DNA of 64,000 nt from Octopus vulgaris. Taxonomy: Eukaryota. The notes under the pieces were generated by a model. It searched no databases and was not told where the DNA came from. It was given only the letters and a program-made list of their open reading frames with translations. A program made the translations under genes and the position numbers. Shown here in pieces: positions 12,608 through 24,412 of the stretch. The stretch is taken from positions 18,724,001 through 18,788,000 of the forward strand of contig OX597827.1 in assembly GCA_951406725.2 (NCBI GenBank), read 5' to 3'. How positions within the stretch are numbered: the first letter of the stretch is position 1; every line of letters begins with the position of its first letter.

Positions 12608-13975
12608 GTTGTGTAAACTTTGTTATCGCTGGTTCGAAATGTACCGTCGTACGTTATACGGTACTGTTGTGTAAACTTAGTTATCGCTGGTTCGAAATGT
12701 ACCGTCGTACGTTATACGGTACTGTTGTGTAAACTTTGTTATCGCTGGTTCGAAATGTACCGTCGTACGTTATACGGTACTGTTGTGTAAACTTTGATAT
12801 CGCTGGTTCGAAATGTACCGTCGTACGTTATACGGTACTGTTGTGTAAACTTTGTTATCGCTGGTTCGAAATACAGCATCGTACGTTATACGGTATTGTT
12901 GTGTAAACTTTGTTATCGCTGGTTCGAAATGAACCATCGTACGTTATTCGGTACTGTTGTGTAAACTTTGTTATCGCTGGTTCGAAATGTACCGTCGTAC
13001 GTTATACGGTACTGTTGTGTAAACTTAGTTATCGCTGGTTCGAAATGTACCGTCGTACGTTATACGGTACTGTTGTGTAAACTTTGTTATCGTTGGTTCG
13101 AAATGTAGCTTCGTACGCTATACGGTACTGTTGTGTAAACTTTGTTATCGCTGGTTCGAAATGTACCGTCGTACGTTATACGGTACTGTTGTGTAAACTT
13201 AGTTATCGCTGGTTCGAAATGTACCGTCGTACGTTATACGGTACTGTTGTGTAAACTTTGTTATCGTTGGTTCGAAATGTACCGTCGTACGCTATACGGT
13301 ACTGTTGTGTAAACTTTGTTATCGCTGGTTCGAAATGTACCGTCGTACGTTATACGGTACTGTTGTGTAAACTCTGTTATCGTTCGTTCGAAATGTAGCA
13401 TCGTACGTTATACGGTACTGTTGTGTAAACTTTGTTATCGTTGGTTCGAAATGTACCTATTTCTTTACTACCCACAAGGGGCTAAACATAGAAGGGACAA
13501 ACAAGGACAGACAGACGGATTAAGTCGATTACATCGACCCCAGTGCGTAACTGGTACTTAATTTATCGACCCGGAAAGGATGAAAGGCAAAGTCATCCTC
13601 GGCGGAATTTGAACTCAGAACGTAACGGCAGACGAAATACCGCTAAGCATTTCGCCCGGCGTGCTAACGTTTCTTATTTTTTTATTACCCACAAGGGGCT
13701 AAACATAGAGGGGACAAACAAGGACAGACAGACGGATTAAGTCGATTACATCGACCCCAGTGCGTAACTGGTGCTTAATTTATCGACCCCCGAAAGGATG
13801 AAAGGCAAAGTCATCCTCGGCGGAATTTGAACTCAGAACGTAGCGGCAGACGAAATACCGCTAAGCATTTCGCCCGGCGTGCTAACGTTTCTGCCAGCTC
13901 GCCGCCTCTGGTTCGAAATGTACCGTCGTACGTTATACAGTAATATTTGTGTAAACTTTGTAGTCGCTGGTTCGA
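12608..13975. repeat. 58-bp tandem array (about 16 units) split by a SINE dimer
   Basis: Unit GTTGTGTAAACTTTGTTATCGCTGGTTCGAAATGTACCGTCGTACGTTATACGGTACT starting at 12608, 12666, 12724 ... 13420; resumes at 13909. Confidence 0.97.
13458..13907 (-). mobile_element. SINE family B dimer inserted in the array
   Basis: 16-bp flanking duplication TGGTTCGAAATGTACC at 13442-13457 and 13909-13924. Confidence 0.92.
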
Positions 13976-14796
13976 TTCGTGCCGACGGTGTTAGTGAGCT
14001 TTTTTGCAGGTTCAAGACTACAGAGACATCGTTACGGTATTTACGATCGGCTTCGGCTCAGTACCCCATCGGCTTCGGCTGGAGGTAGGGAGCGAGTGGT
14101 GTACCCCCGAGTGTCGCTTTTATGGACAACACTTTCGGGTTATAAGGCATTTTCGAATCTACTACATCAGTCTTCGTTGTTTGTTTGTTGTCGAGTTGCG
14201 GTACGGCAAACTCGAGGACTTCACCGGGTGTCACACACTCTAGCAACGTCACTATTTGGGTAATTTTTTGCTTTTCCGTGGACATTCAGTGACCTGAACT
14301 CATTGACTACAGATGTGAGTAGCGAACGTCGAACAGCAAACAGCTAACCGCGAACTGCGAGCGGCAAACAGCAAACGACGGATGGCGAACGAACGTATGA
14401 CCTTTACCCCTCGTGAACCGCTTGCGACCTGCAAACTCGTGGTCTGTCGGGGATAGGATCTCCGCCGATTTCGACGATGAATATTCACTTGTTCCATCAA
14501 CTGAAATACCTGCTCATTGAATTAGCGTAAAGTGGTTGAGTATTCCACGAACATCTGTACCTTTAACGTATATCTCAGACACAATCGGCATGACAGCGCC
14601 AAGGCTGGCCTCGCGAGTTTCCTCTCAGTTTCTATCTATCCAATTTTATTTTTGGTGAACCCGAAGTTTTAGTCAAAAAAACTATTATGATAGTAGTCAG
14701 GATAACACGCAGGGGCATCGGCCGTCGGATCTTGTTACTGCGAGGCGAACCTTCTTTAAACCCTGCTGACATTTTTAATATTTTTTACAACTACTA

Positions 14797-15203
14797 GGCG
14801 TAGGAGTGACTGCGTGGTAAGTAGCTTGCTTACCAACCATATGGTTCCGGGTTCAGTCCCACTACGTGGCACCTTGGGCAAGTGGCTTCTACTATAGCCT
14901 CGGGCCGACCAAAGCCTTGTGAGTGGATTTGGTAGACGGAAACTGAAAGAAGCCCGTCGTATATATGTATATATATATATGTGTGTGTATATATGTTTGT
15001 ATGTCTGTGTTTGTCCCCCCCCCCCCAACATCGCTTGACAACCGATGCTGGTGTGTTTGCGTCCCCGTAAGTTAGCTGTTCGACAAAAGAAACCGATAGA
15101 ATAAGTACCAGGCTTACAAAGAATAAGTCCTGGGGTCGATTTGCTCGACTAAAGGCGGTGCTCCAGCATGGCCACAGTTACATGACTGAAACAAGTAAAA
15201 GAG
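14797..15203 (+). mobile_element. SINE family A, full length
   Basis: Complete head, body and tail. Confidence 0.93.
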
Positions 15204-15295
15204 TACTATTACTACAAACTATATGTAGACACTACATAAGCTAGAAATAACAGCCATGACGGCCTCAAACTACGGGGTGGGTTAAAGACCAACGA

Positions 15296-15363
15296 TAACT
15301 ACTAGAATTACTACTATTTCTACTACTACTACTACAACTACAACTACTACTACTACTACAACA

Positions 15364-15403
<40 letters not shown>

Positions 15404-15415
15404 AAACCACTAATG

Positions 15416-15462
<47 letters not shown>

Positions 15463-15530
15463 GCTACTACTACTACTATTACTGTTGCTGTTACTGCTAA
15501 CTACTACTACTACTACTACTACTGCTACTA
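15296..15530. repeat. (CTA)n microsatellite
   Basis: Direct reading. Confidence 0.95.
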
Positions 15531-15939
15531 CAGCAGTTTTGTCAACTGTGATAATAAGGGAGGGGGGGAACTGGTTTGGCTGATAGGAACCCCTCCACTG
15601 GACCATGGTGAGTTCTCACGAACGACGCTACTCTCCATCTCTTGCTCTCCCTCATCTTGCCATTAGTGTCTTCGCGCAAATTTAAAGAGGAGGAGGAGGA
15701 GGAGAGACGGTGGACGGAGGAAGAGGGAGAGAGAGAGAAAGAGAGAGAGAGAAGAGAGAGAGAGAAAGGAGGAGGAAGCAAAAAGGGAAAGGAAAAAAAG
15801 GAAGTTGAGGACGCTTAGGCAAAGGATTAGGGTAGGGGTAGTGGTTGAAGAAGTGTGGGGTGGTGGTGGTGGTGGTGGTGGTGGTGGGGTTCGACGGTTT
15901 TGAAGACGAGGTAGGGATGGGTTAGACGGGTGGTAGTGG

Positions 15940-16140
15940 GTTAATAAGAGCGGGTGACGAGACGAGCGGCGCCATGGTTATAAAGAGGTGTGACTCGCCG
16001 GAGAAAGCCAGGGTGGGATTGGCGGGACGGACGTGGAAAAAAAACAAAAGGAAAAAAAAAAGAAAAAAAAGAAGAGGGGCCAGCGGACGTGACGCGTGCA
16101 ACGGCTGCGGAACGGAAGAAAAGGGGTGGGGATAGGGGGA
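15940..16140. promoter_or_regulatory. Candidate CpG-rich promoter
   Basis: Unique sequence with TATAAA (15978-15983), ATTGG/CCAAT box (16018-16022), ACGTGG, GTGACGCG, CGGAAG and YY1-like GGCGCCATGG within about 170 bp. Confidence 0.5.
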
Positions 16141-16166
16141 AAACAAGAAGAGAGGAAAGCGTCATT

Positions 16167-16520
16167 TGGTGGTGTCGACGGTACTGGGGATGATTGTGGA
16201 GTTGATGGTAGTGATGGTGGTGGTGGTGGTGGTGGTGGCGGCGGTGGTAGTGATGGTGGTGGCGGCGGTGGTGATGATTGTGGAGTTGATAGTAGTGATG
16301 GTGGTGGTGGTGGCGGCGGTGGTGATGATTGTGGAGTTGATGGTGGTGGTGGTGGTGGTGGTGGTGATGATTGTGGAGTTGATGGTGGTGGCGGTGGTGA
16401 TGATTGTGGAGTTGATAGTAGTGATGGTGGTGGTAGTGGTGGTGTTGGCGGTGGTGATGATTGTGATGATTGTGGTAGTGATGGATGTGGCGGTGGTGCT
16501 GGAGGTGGTGGTTGGAGGTG
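16167..16520. repeat. G-rich compound repeat: (GGT)n interspersed with GATGATTGTGGAGTTGAT
   Basis: Motif recurs 5 times among GGT/GGC runs. Confidence 0.9.
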
Positions 16521-16971
16521 GCGTATGTGTGTGTGTGTGTGGTTTCATGGGAGTGTGTGAGGAGGGACCCATCTACGCGTAACTACTTCTCCTTTCACTC
16601 TCCACTCTCTCTCTCTCTTTCTCTCTCTTCCCATGTGCACCCGTACCGTACATCCTCCATCTCGGGAGTCTGTCATATGACCTTCCGCCTCCTTTCACAC
16701 CGGGCAAAAAAAAAAAAAAAAAAAAAAACCTGACCCTAAACCTTCTTAGCCCACCGCCCCTCCTCACAACCCCGACAACTCTCCGCCTGTCACTGCCGCC
16801 CATTCCGCAAAACCACTTCAACCCGACAAATGCTCACAAAGCACCACACAAACCTCCGTATTCGTATTATCGTCACCAACGTCCATCACATACACACACA
16901 CACACGGACGGACGGTCACTTCACACACACGCGTGCGCACACACACATATATATATATATGTGTGTGTGTT

Positions 16972-17011
<40 letters not shown>

Positions 17012-17586
17012 TCCGTATGTGCGTGCCATTATAGTGCAAATTCATAAATATATACTGAAGAGAATGATTTTATCAATTAGCAGACAGACAGCTTGGCAGA
17101 CAGACACAAGATATACATATTTAGATAAGTAGATAGATAGATAGATTGATAAGTTTCTTTATTGGCCACACAGGGCTGCACACAGATGGGACAAGTTACA
17201 AGGTAGAGCTTTTCTTTTGGGGGATGAAAAAAAAACAAAAAATAAAGAAACAAAAAAAAAGGTGGCGTAGGTTTTCGATCAAAAGGGATCGTAAAAGGGA
17301 AAGATAGCTAGATAGATAGATAGATAGAATGATAGATAGATAGAATAATGGATAAGATACATAGATCTAGCAATATACATAAACTGACATATACATAGGC
17401 TTATATAAGCACATATGCACACACACACACGTTGTATAAGTCAAACCAAATATTGATATTTTGTGTTAAATAGACGTATATATATATGTGTGTGTGTGTT
17501 TGGTTATACATATGTATGCATATATGTATATATATATATATAATATGTACGTATGTGTGTGTACATATATATATAAAAGAGTAAGA

Positions 17587-17634
<48 letters not shown>

Positions 17635-17969
17635 ACGTATGTATGTATGTATTTATATACATAATGTTTATACATGCATGTATTTGTGTGTGTGTGTGTG
17701 TGTATGCGGGTGTGTGTGTGTGTTGCATACTTGCGTGTAGAAAAAAGATACACTGTACACATAGGTAATAATTGCTTCTAACGGCGACACATAGTGATTA
17801 ATCGATCCCAAGAGATCCAATAGCAGTTTTCTTTTTTTCTTTTTTTTTTGTTGTTATGCTATTGCTTTTTTTTGTTTTTTATCGATCCAAAATAAACACG
17901 AATGCTGAGGAAGTACTTTGACGGGATTTGAGCTTTAGAATTCAGAATTCAAAAAGCCGGAATATATAC

Positions 17970-18580
17970 CTATTTCTTTACTACCCAGAAGGGGCTAAAA
18001 ACAGAGAGGAAGGGGCTAAAAATAGAAAGGACAAACAAGGACAGACAAACGGATCAAGTCGATTACATTGACCCCAGTGCGCAACTGGTACTTAATTTAT
18101 CGACCCCCGAAAGGATGAAAGGCAAAGTCGACCTCTGCGGAATTTGAACTCCGAACGTAAAGACAGACGAAATACCGCTTAGCATGCTCGCAACCATAAT
18201 AATCCTTTCTACTGGTTGTACAAGGCCTCTAATTTAGGAAAATGGATTAAGTCGACTACATCGACCCCACAGCTCAAAGTGGTACTTATTTTAATCGACC
18301 CCAAAAGGATGAAAGGCAAAGTCGACCAAGGCGGAATTTGAACTCTGAACGTAGCGGCAGCCGAAATACCTATTTCTTTACTACCCACTAGGAGCTAAAC
18401 ACAGAGAGGACAAACAAGGACAGACAGACGGATTAAGTCGATTACATCGACCCCAATGCATAACTGGTACTTAATTTATCGACCCCCGAAAGGATGAAAG
18501 GCAAAGTCGACCTCGGCGGAATTTGAACTCAGAACGTAACGGCAGACGAAATACCTATTTCTTTACTACCCACAAGGAGC
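17970..18580 (-). mobile_element. SINE family B cluster (3-4 partial copies)
   Basis: Repeated CGAAAGGATGAAAGGCAAAGTCGACC cores. Confidence 0.88.
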
Positions 18581-18584
18581 TACA

Positions 18585-18845
18585 CCAGAGGATGTACAGA
18601 TTAGTTACGGTTCAGTTCAGTGCGTTATCACTGAAGATTTGGGCATGAGACGCAAGTTTGTGTCAAAACGGCTTTCAGGAGAGCAAATATACACTCTGGT
18701 TTCAGTTGCCCAAGATCTACTTGACTGTATTAAGAACGATGAAAATGCTTTGAAAACTATGCGCAGGCCTCTGTGCGGGTATCGCCAAGCTTTTAGCAAA
18801 ATCTGATGTAGATTCTCTGCTCATTTTTGTCTGTTATGGTCAGTG
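18585..18845 (+). pseudogene. Mariner transposase fragment
   Basis: EDVQISYGSV..ITEDLGMRRKFVSKRLSGEQ..AQDLL resembles the mariner second HTH and WVPxxL linker region. Confidence 0.6.
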
Positions 18846-19352
18846 TGACGGGATTTGAGCTTTAGAATTCAGAATTCAAAAAGCCGGAATAAATATCTAT
18901 TTCTTTACTACACAGAAGAGGGCTAAACACAGAGAGGACAAACAAACGGATCAAGTCGATTACCTCGACCCCAGTGCGCAACTGGTACTTAATTTATCGA
19001 CCCCGAAAGGATGAAAGGATGAAAATCGACATCGGCGGAATTTGAACTCAGAACGAGTTCCTTCCGAGCACTGCTGTAAACAGCGGAAGTGAGCTAGATC
19101 GTCGAAACTTAGTTCGCATGCATAGGATAGTTCACGGCCAATCTGTGCTAAGTGGCTTCTCTATGCGTAATTTAGCTTCGTTACTATAGCGACAGTCCGG
19201 ATACTTATTGATCAGACCACTTATGTATTCATCTGTTTATGTATGTGTGTGTTTACAGCTGTTTCCTAATTTACCTGTAGAACGTCCTCTTTGAAAAAAA
19301 TGCCTCTATCAGACGAATTTAAATGTGCTTTAGGAGGTTGATATGAGGCTAG

Positions 19353-19788
19353 GGATCTTTTCGGTTTGAACGGCAGTTTTTTCTAGCGGTGTCATATGAA
19401 ATTGTCACCCATAATTATGACCCTAGAATCGTTCTATTGCATTTCAATCTGTTTTAGAGCTAGGGTTAGTTAGGGTTAGGGTTAGGGGTGGGGGGAAGGG
19501 TATCTTTTTTCTTCACAAATGTAAATAAACCCAATCTGTTTCTTAAACGAGGGACATATTCATACGGCACAGAATGTTTATTTTTACCTCAATGGACATC
19601 AGTGATTGGTTGAAATTGCAGAAATTGAAGAAATAAACAACAAATATCTTACAAACTATAGAATTTTCTCAATGAAGCCAAGAGGAAAAGATGTTTTATA
19701 AACAAATTCTACCAGTATACGAAGTTTAAAAAAAATTCTAGTTACCTAGAAATTATGTTAAAAACTGACGTTCAAACCGAAAAGATCC
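19353..19788. mobile_element. Merlin-like TTAGGG-carrying MITE (no matching TSD)
   Basis: Same TIRs and body as 4143-4569. Confidence 0.88.
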
Positions 19789-19896
19789 ACCAAGAACTCT
19801 CGTAACCCCAAAAGTCTTGTCGTGTTGTTAGTGACCGGCTTGAACACTCTTGAGAAGAACTTGCATAAAAACTCAAAGAAAAAACATACATATGTA

Positions 19897-20310
19897 GGAG
19901 CGTAGGATTGGCTGTGTGGTAAGTAGCATGCTCACGAACCACATGGTTCCGGGTTCAGTCCCAATGTGTGTCACCTTGGGCAAGTGTCTTCTACTATGTC
20001 CTCGAGGCGACCAAAAGCCTTGTGAGTGGATTTGGTAGAGGGAAACTGAAAGAAGCCCGTCGTATATATGTATACGTTTGTGTTTATGTTTGTGTGTCTC
20101 TGTTTGTCCCCCCACCCACCCACCCAATATCGCTTGACAACCGTTGCTGGTGTGTTTACGTCCCTATAACATAGCGGTTCAGCAAAAAAGAGACCGATAG
20201 AATAAGTACTACGCTTACAAAAGAAGGAATAAGTCCTGGGGTCGAATTGCTCGACTTAATGCGGTGCTCCAGCATGGCCACACTCAAATGCCTGAAACAA
20301 GTAAAAGAGA
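19897..20310 (+). mobile_element. SINE family A
   Basis: Complete head, body and tail. Confidence 0.9.
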
Positions 20311-20332
20311 TTAAAATATGCATATAAATACA

Positions 20333-20384
<52 letters not shown>

Positions 20385-20703
20385 TGTAGTATCAGTAGGA
20401 TTTGCTAGACTCCAGGTATTTCAAAATGCATGATTGCCGAAGATAATCGGACAGTGGTCTGAATGTATACGAGTGCATGCAGACAAACATATATACGTAT
20501 ATGTAAAACATACATATACCTATATATATATATACACATATACACACATACATATATGTATGCGCGTATAAATACATTTGTGTATAAATCTGTCTATCTC
20601 TCTATTTATCTTTATGTAATGCGCTTAGCTTAGTTTTTCCTTGGGGCTGGCCAGATTGGACCAATCTCAAGATTAATCAGCCGAAATTGCGAGGATGATC
20701 TGG

Positions 20704-20956
20704 GGATCTTTTCCTTTTGATGGACGGAATTTTCTAGTTAACTAAACAATTTGAAACTTCGTATACTGGTAGAATGAGTCAAAAGAAAACATTATTGTAA
20801 ACAAAATTGAAAACAAAATTGTAATTTGTAAGTTTAACGTAGTTTAATTCTTCGTTAATATTTTTATTGGGCGACGAAATTCATCGATTTAAGAGATATA
20901 GCTGTTATTTCTAGCTCATGCAGAAGACAGAAGAGAGAAGAGAGAAGGATGAATAA

Positions 20957-20998
<42 letters not shown>

Positions 20999-21231
20999 TT
21001 ACGTTCAACAGGATATTGTCTGAGTTTTTAGTCGCAGCAAATGATTTGAGCTCAAATGCTGGTATTTCATTGGTTAAAATTCGAAGAATTAAAGTACGTT
21101 AAACTTACAAATTACAATTTTGTTTTAAATTTTGTTTACAATAATGTTTTCTTTTGACACATTCTACCAGTATACGAAGTTTCAAATTGTTTAGTTAACT
21201 AGAAAATTCCGTCCATCAAAAGGAAAATATC
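20704..21231. mobile_element. Merlin-like MITE with about 150-bp TIRs, nested in another repeat
   Basis: GGATCTTTTCCTTTTGATGGACGG ... CCGTCCATCAAAAGGAAAATATCC; TSD TGATCTGG/TGATCCGG; host (20623-21330) matches the reverse of 42990-43210. Confidence 0.85.
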
Positions 21232-21329
21232 CTGATCCGGTTCTTGACTGAAGATTGAAGGCTTCGAATGTCCCGTCCGTGTTTTTTGTATCGTCTTCTA
21301 AATGTTTTGCGCTCTTGTCCCTGTTTGTG

Positions 21330-21413
<84 letters not shown>

Positions 21414-21516
21414 CATATGTGTAAGTGCGTATAAATAAATTTGTGTATATATCTGTCTATTACTCTATCTATCTCTATGTATATACATGCATACATATAT
21501 ATATATATATATATAA

Positions 21517-21547
<31 letters not shown>

Positions 21548-21792
21548 GTGCGAGCGCGCGTGCGTCGCAGGGATTTTGTTTGAAATGGAAACGAGAGATG
21601 TTTGGTTCGATTACAGGCAGGCAAACAAGCCAACTCTTCGTTAGATCTCCCCCTCTCTCTCTCTCACGCTCTCGCTTTCTGCCCCCTCCCCCCACGTTAC
21701 TATCTCTGTTGTCCCTCCTTCACCCATGCCCCATCCCCCCCACACACACTTTTCCTCTCTGTCCTTGTCTCTGGTTTCCACCATACTTGTTT

Positions 21793-21823
<31 letters not shown>

Positions 21824-21884
21824 GATGGAATAAAAATGGAAACAGAAACGAACGAATTTTCAAAATAAGAACATCACGCACACT

Positions 21885-22213
21885 GTATCTCTCTCTCTCT
21901 CCCTCTCTCTTTCTCTCCTCCCTCTCTTTTTATCTCCTTCTCTCTCATTCTCCATTTCTCTCTCTCTTTTTTCTCTCCCTCACTCTCTCGCTCTCTCTCC
22001 TCTTTCTCTCTTTCTCTCCTCTCTCTCTTTTTATCTCATTCTCTCTCATTCTCCATTTCTCTCTCTCTCTTTTCCCTCCCTCACTCTCTCGCTCTCTCTC
22101 CTCTCTCTCTCTTTCTCTCCTCTCTCTCCTCTCTCTCTTTTTATCTCCTTCTCTCTCATTCTCCATTTCTCTCTCTCTTTTTTCTCTCCCTCACACACAC
22201 ACACACACACACA

Positions 22214-22262
<49 letters not shown>
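21885..22262. repeat. (CT)n-rich minisatellite followed by (CA)n
   Basis: TTTTATCTCCTTCTCTCTCATTCTCCATTTCTC-like motif recurs 3 times. Confidence 0.88.
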
Positions 22263-22266
<4 letters not shown>

Positions 22267-22555
22267 GCACACTTACACAAATACTCATGCGCACACACGT
22301 ACACTTACACAAATACGTACGCGCACACACATGCACATATACGCATGCGCGGGCGCGCATATCAAATGACTTAAGTAATTACATTATAACAGGAAACTCC
22401 GATTTCTTTAGTTTTGACATTTTCTTCAGAAAAAACAAATCAGGAATTTTGCTGTCCCAGAACGATTGAATAAACTCCACGACCCGGCATTGACTGATCT
22501 GTTCCCTTCTCTTTGCTATATAATATGTTATGTTATACTATATTCATGCGTGTAC

Positions 22556-23061
22556 ATCATACATACATGCATACATACATACATACATACATACATACAT
22601 ACATAGAAACATACATACATACGTACGTACATAGAAACATACGTACATACATACATATATACATGCATACATACGTACGTACATACAAGCATACATACAT
22701 ACGTACGTACATACATACGTACGTACATACATACATACATACAAACATACATACAAACATACATACATATGTATGTACGTACATGCATACATACATACAT
22801 ACATACATACATACATACATACATACATACATACATACATACATACGTTCGTACATACATACATACGTACATACATACGTACATACGTAGCTACATACAT
22901 ATATACGTACGTATACAGATGCATACGTACGTACCTACATACATGCATACATACAAACATGCATACATGCAAATATTCATACATACATACGTACGTACGT
23001 ACATACGTACATACATACATACATACATACATACATACATACATGCATGCATACATACATA
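22556..23061. repeat. (TACA)n/(TACG)n microsatellite
   Basis: Direct reading. Confidence 0.95.
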
Positions 23062-23173
23062 CCGCGTTGCACCTTGGGCAGGTGTCTTCTACTATAGCCT
23101 CGGGCCGACCAAAGCCTTGTGAGTGGATTTGGTAGACGGAATCTGAAAGAAGCCCGTCGTATAGATGTATGTA

Positions 23174-23232
<59 letters not shown>

Positions 23233-23460
23233 TGTGTGTGTGTGTTTGTGTGTGTATGTGTGTCTGTGTTTTTGTATCTGAAGTAAGTGTTAAGGAGGAA
23301 TGTTGGCTTTTAGCAATGGTCAAGCCAGCTGGGAGCCAAAATGCAACTTTTGTTTATATTTTTGCAACTGTAAATGATTTTTGGTTTTTAGAAATAGGCC
23401 ATTTCAAAAAGAATTGTCTGGATTTCTTTTTATTATTGTTTTGTGAAGGTGTGTGTGTGT

Positions 23461-23516
<56 letters not shown>

Positions 23517-23592
23517 TGCGTGTGTGTGTGGGTGCCTGTGAATCTGGAAGGGGTGTCGTTGGAGAAAGGAAGAAAGAAGAAAAAGAGGAAGA

Positions 23593-24078
23593 AGAAACTA
23601 AAACTGAATTCTTTGTAAAAGAATGCGGAGATGGTAGATGTGGGATCTGCAGTAACCCCACCTTCAAATACATAGAGGGAGACAAAGAAATGAAATTTAA
23701 AGTGGTCACATATTCAAAATAAATGCAGATATGAACTGCAAGACGCAGAATGTAATATACTGCATAACCTGCCCCACATGCAAGGAGGATTACATAGGCG
23801 AAACTGGAAATTCTTTATGCCAACGAGCCAGAATTCACCGATAAGATGTCCGACAGGAGGAACTGCGCAATATACCACTGAGCAAACACCTAGATACATG
23901 TGGAGAAGGAAAATTTAAGATCTTTCCCTTCTACAAATGTCCAAAGAATGACACCTCCTTCAGGAGGAATATGGAAAAATACTTCATAACTAAGTTCTCC
24001 CTCAAATTGAATGGCTGAAAATATCTCTATGATAAGCTGTACTAGATGAAGGACCAAATTTATAAAGTAAACTGTATT

Positions 24079-24140
<62 letters not shown>

Positions 24141-24234
24141 CTACACATATGTACATATACATAAATAAAAACAACCTCTAATCCAGATTCTCCATCCCAT
24201 GTAAATACAGGAATGAAACATTGGATTGAAAGAA
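23593..24234 (+). mobile_element. Penelope-like element 3' fragment (GIY-YIG endonuclease), left arm of inverted pair
   Basis: CGDGRCGIC...NCKTQNVIYCITCPTCKEDYIGETG; frameshifted; reverse complement of 24267-24898. Confidence 0.88.
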
Positions 24235-24266
24235 CTGAATAGTGGTATAAATATCAACACAATTAT

Positions 24267-24361
24267 TTCTTTCAATCCAATGTTTCATTCCTGTATTTAC
24301 ATGGGATGGAGAATCTGGATTAGAGGTTGTTTTTATTTATGTATATGTACATATGTGTAGA

Positions 24362-24412
<51 letters not shown>

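Noticed and set aside
12608-13457. Palindromic direct repeats resembling a CRISPR array
   Set aside because: Units are contiguous with no unique spacers, there are no cas genes, and the context is eukaryotic
14797-14870. tRNA-like sequences (also at other SINE heads)
   Set aside because: Each continues into a SINE body and lacks a proper acceptor stem and terminator
15265-15606. Poly-Ser ORF with good Kozak context on the - strand
   Set aside because: Mostly (TAG)n microsatellite; the ACCATGGT palindrome gives an ATG on both strands
16096-16582. Gly/Asp/Cys-rich, Thr-rich or Val-rich ORFs
   Set aside because: Trinucleotide-based repeat open in several frames on both strands; no supported start or splice context
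20623-21330. Hammerhead-like pieces (GCTG..CAGCCGAAA; CTGAAGA..GAAG/CTTC GAA) in the host element and its copy at 42990-43210
   Set aside because: Cores too degenerate to call without a family consensus
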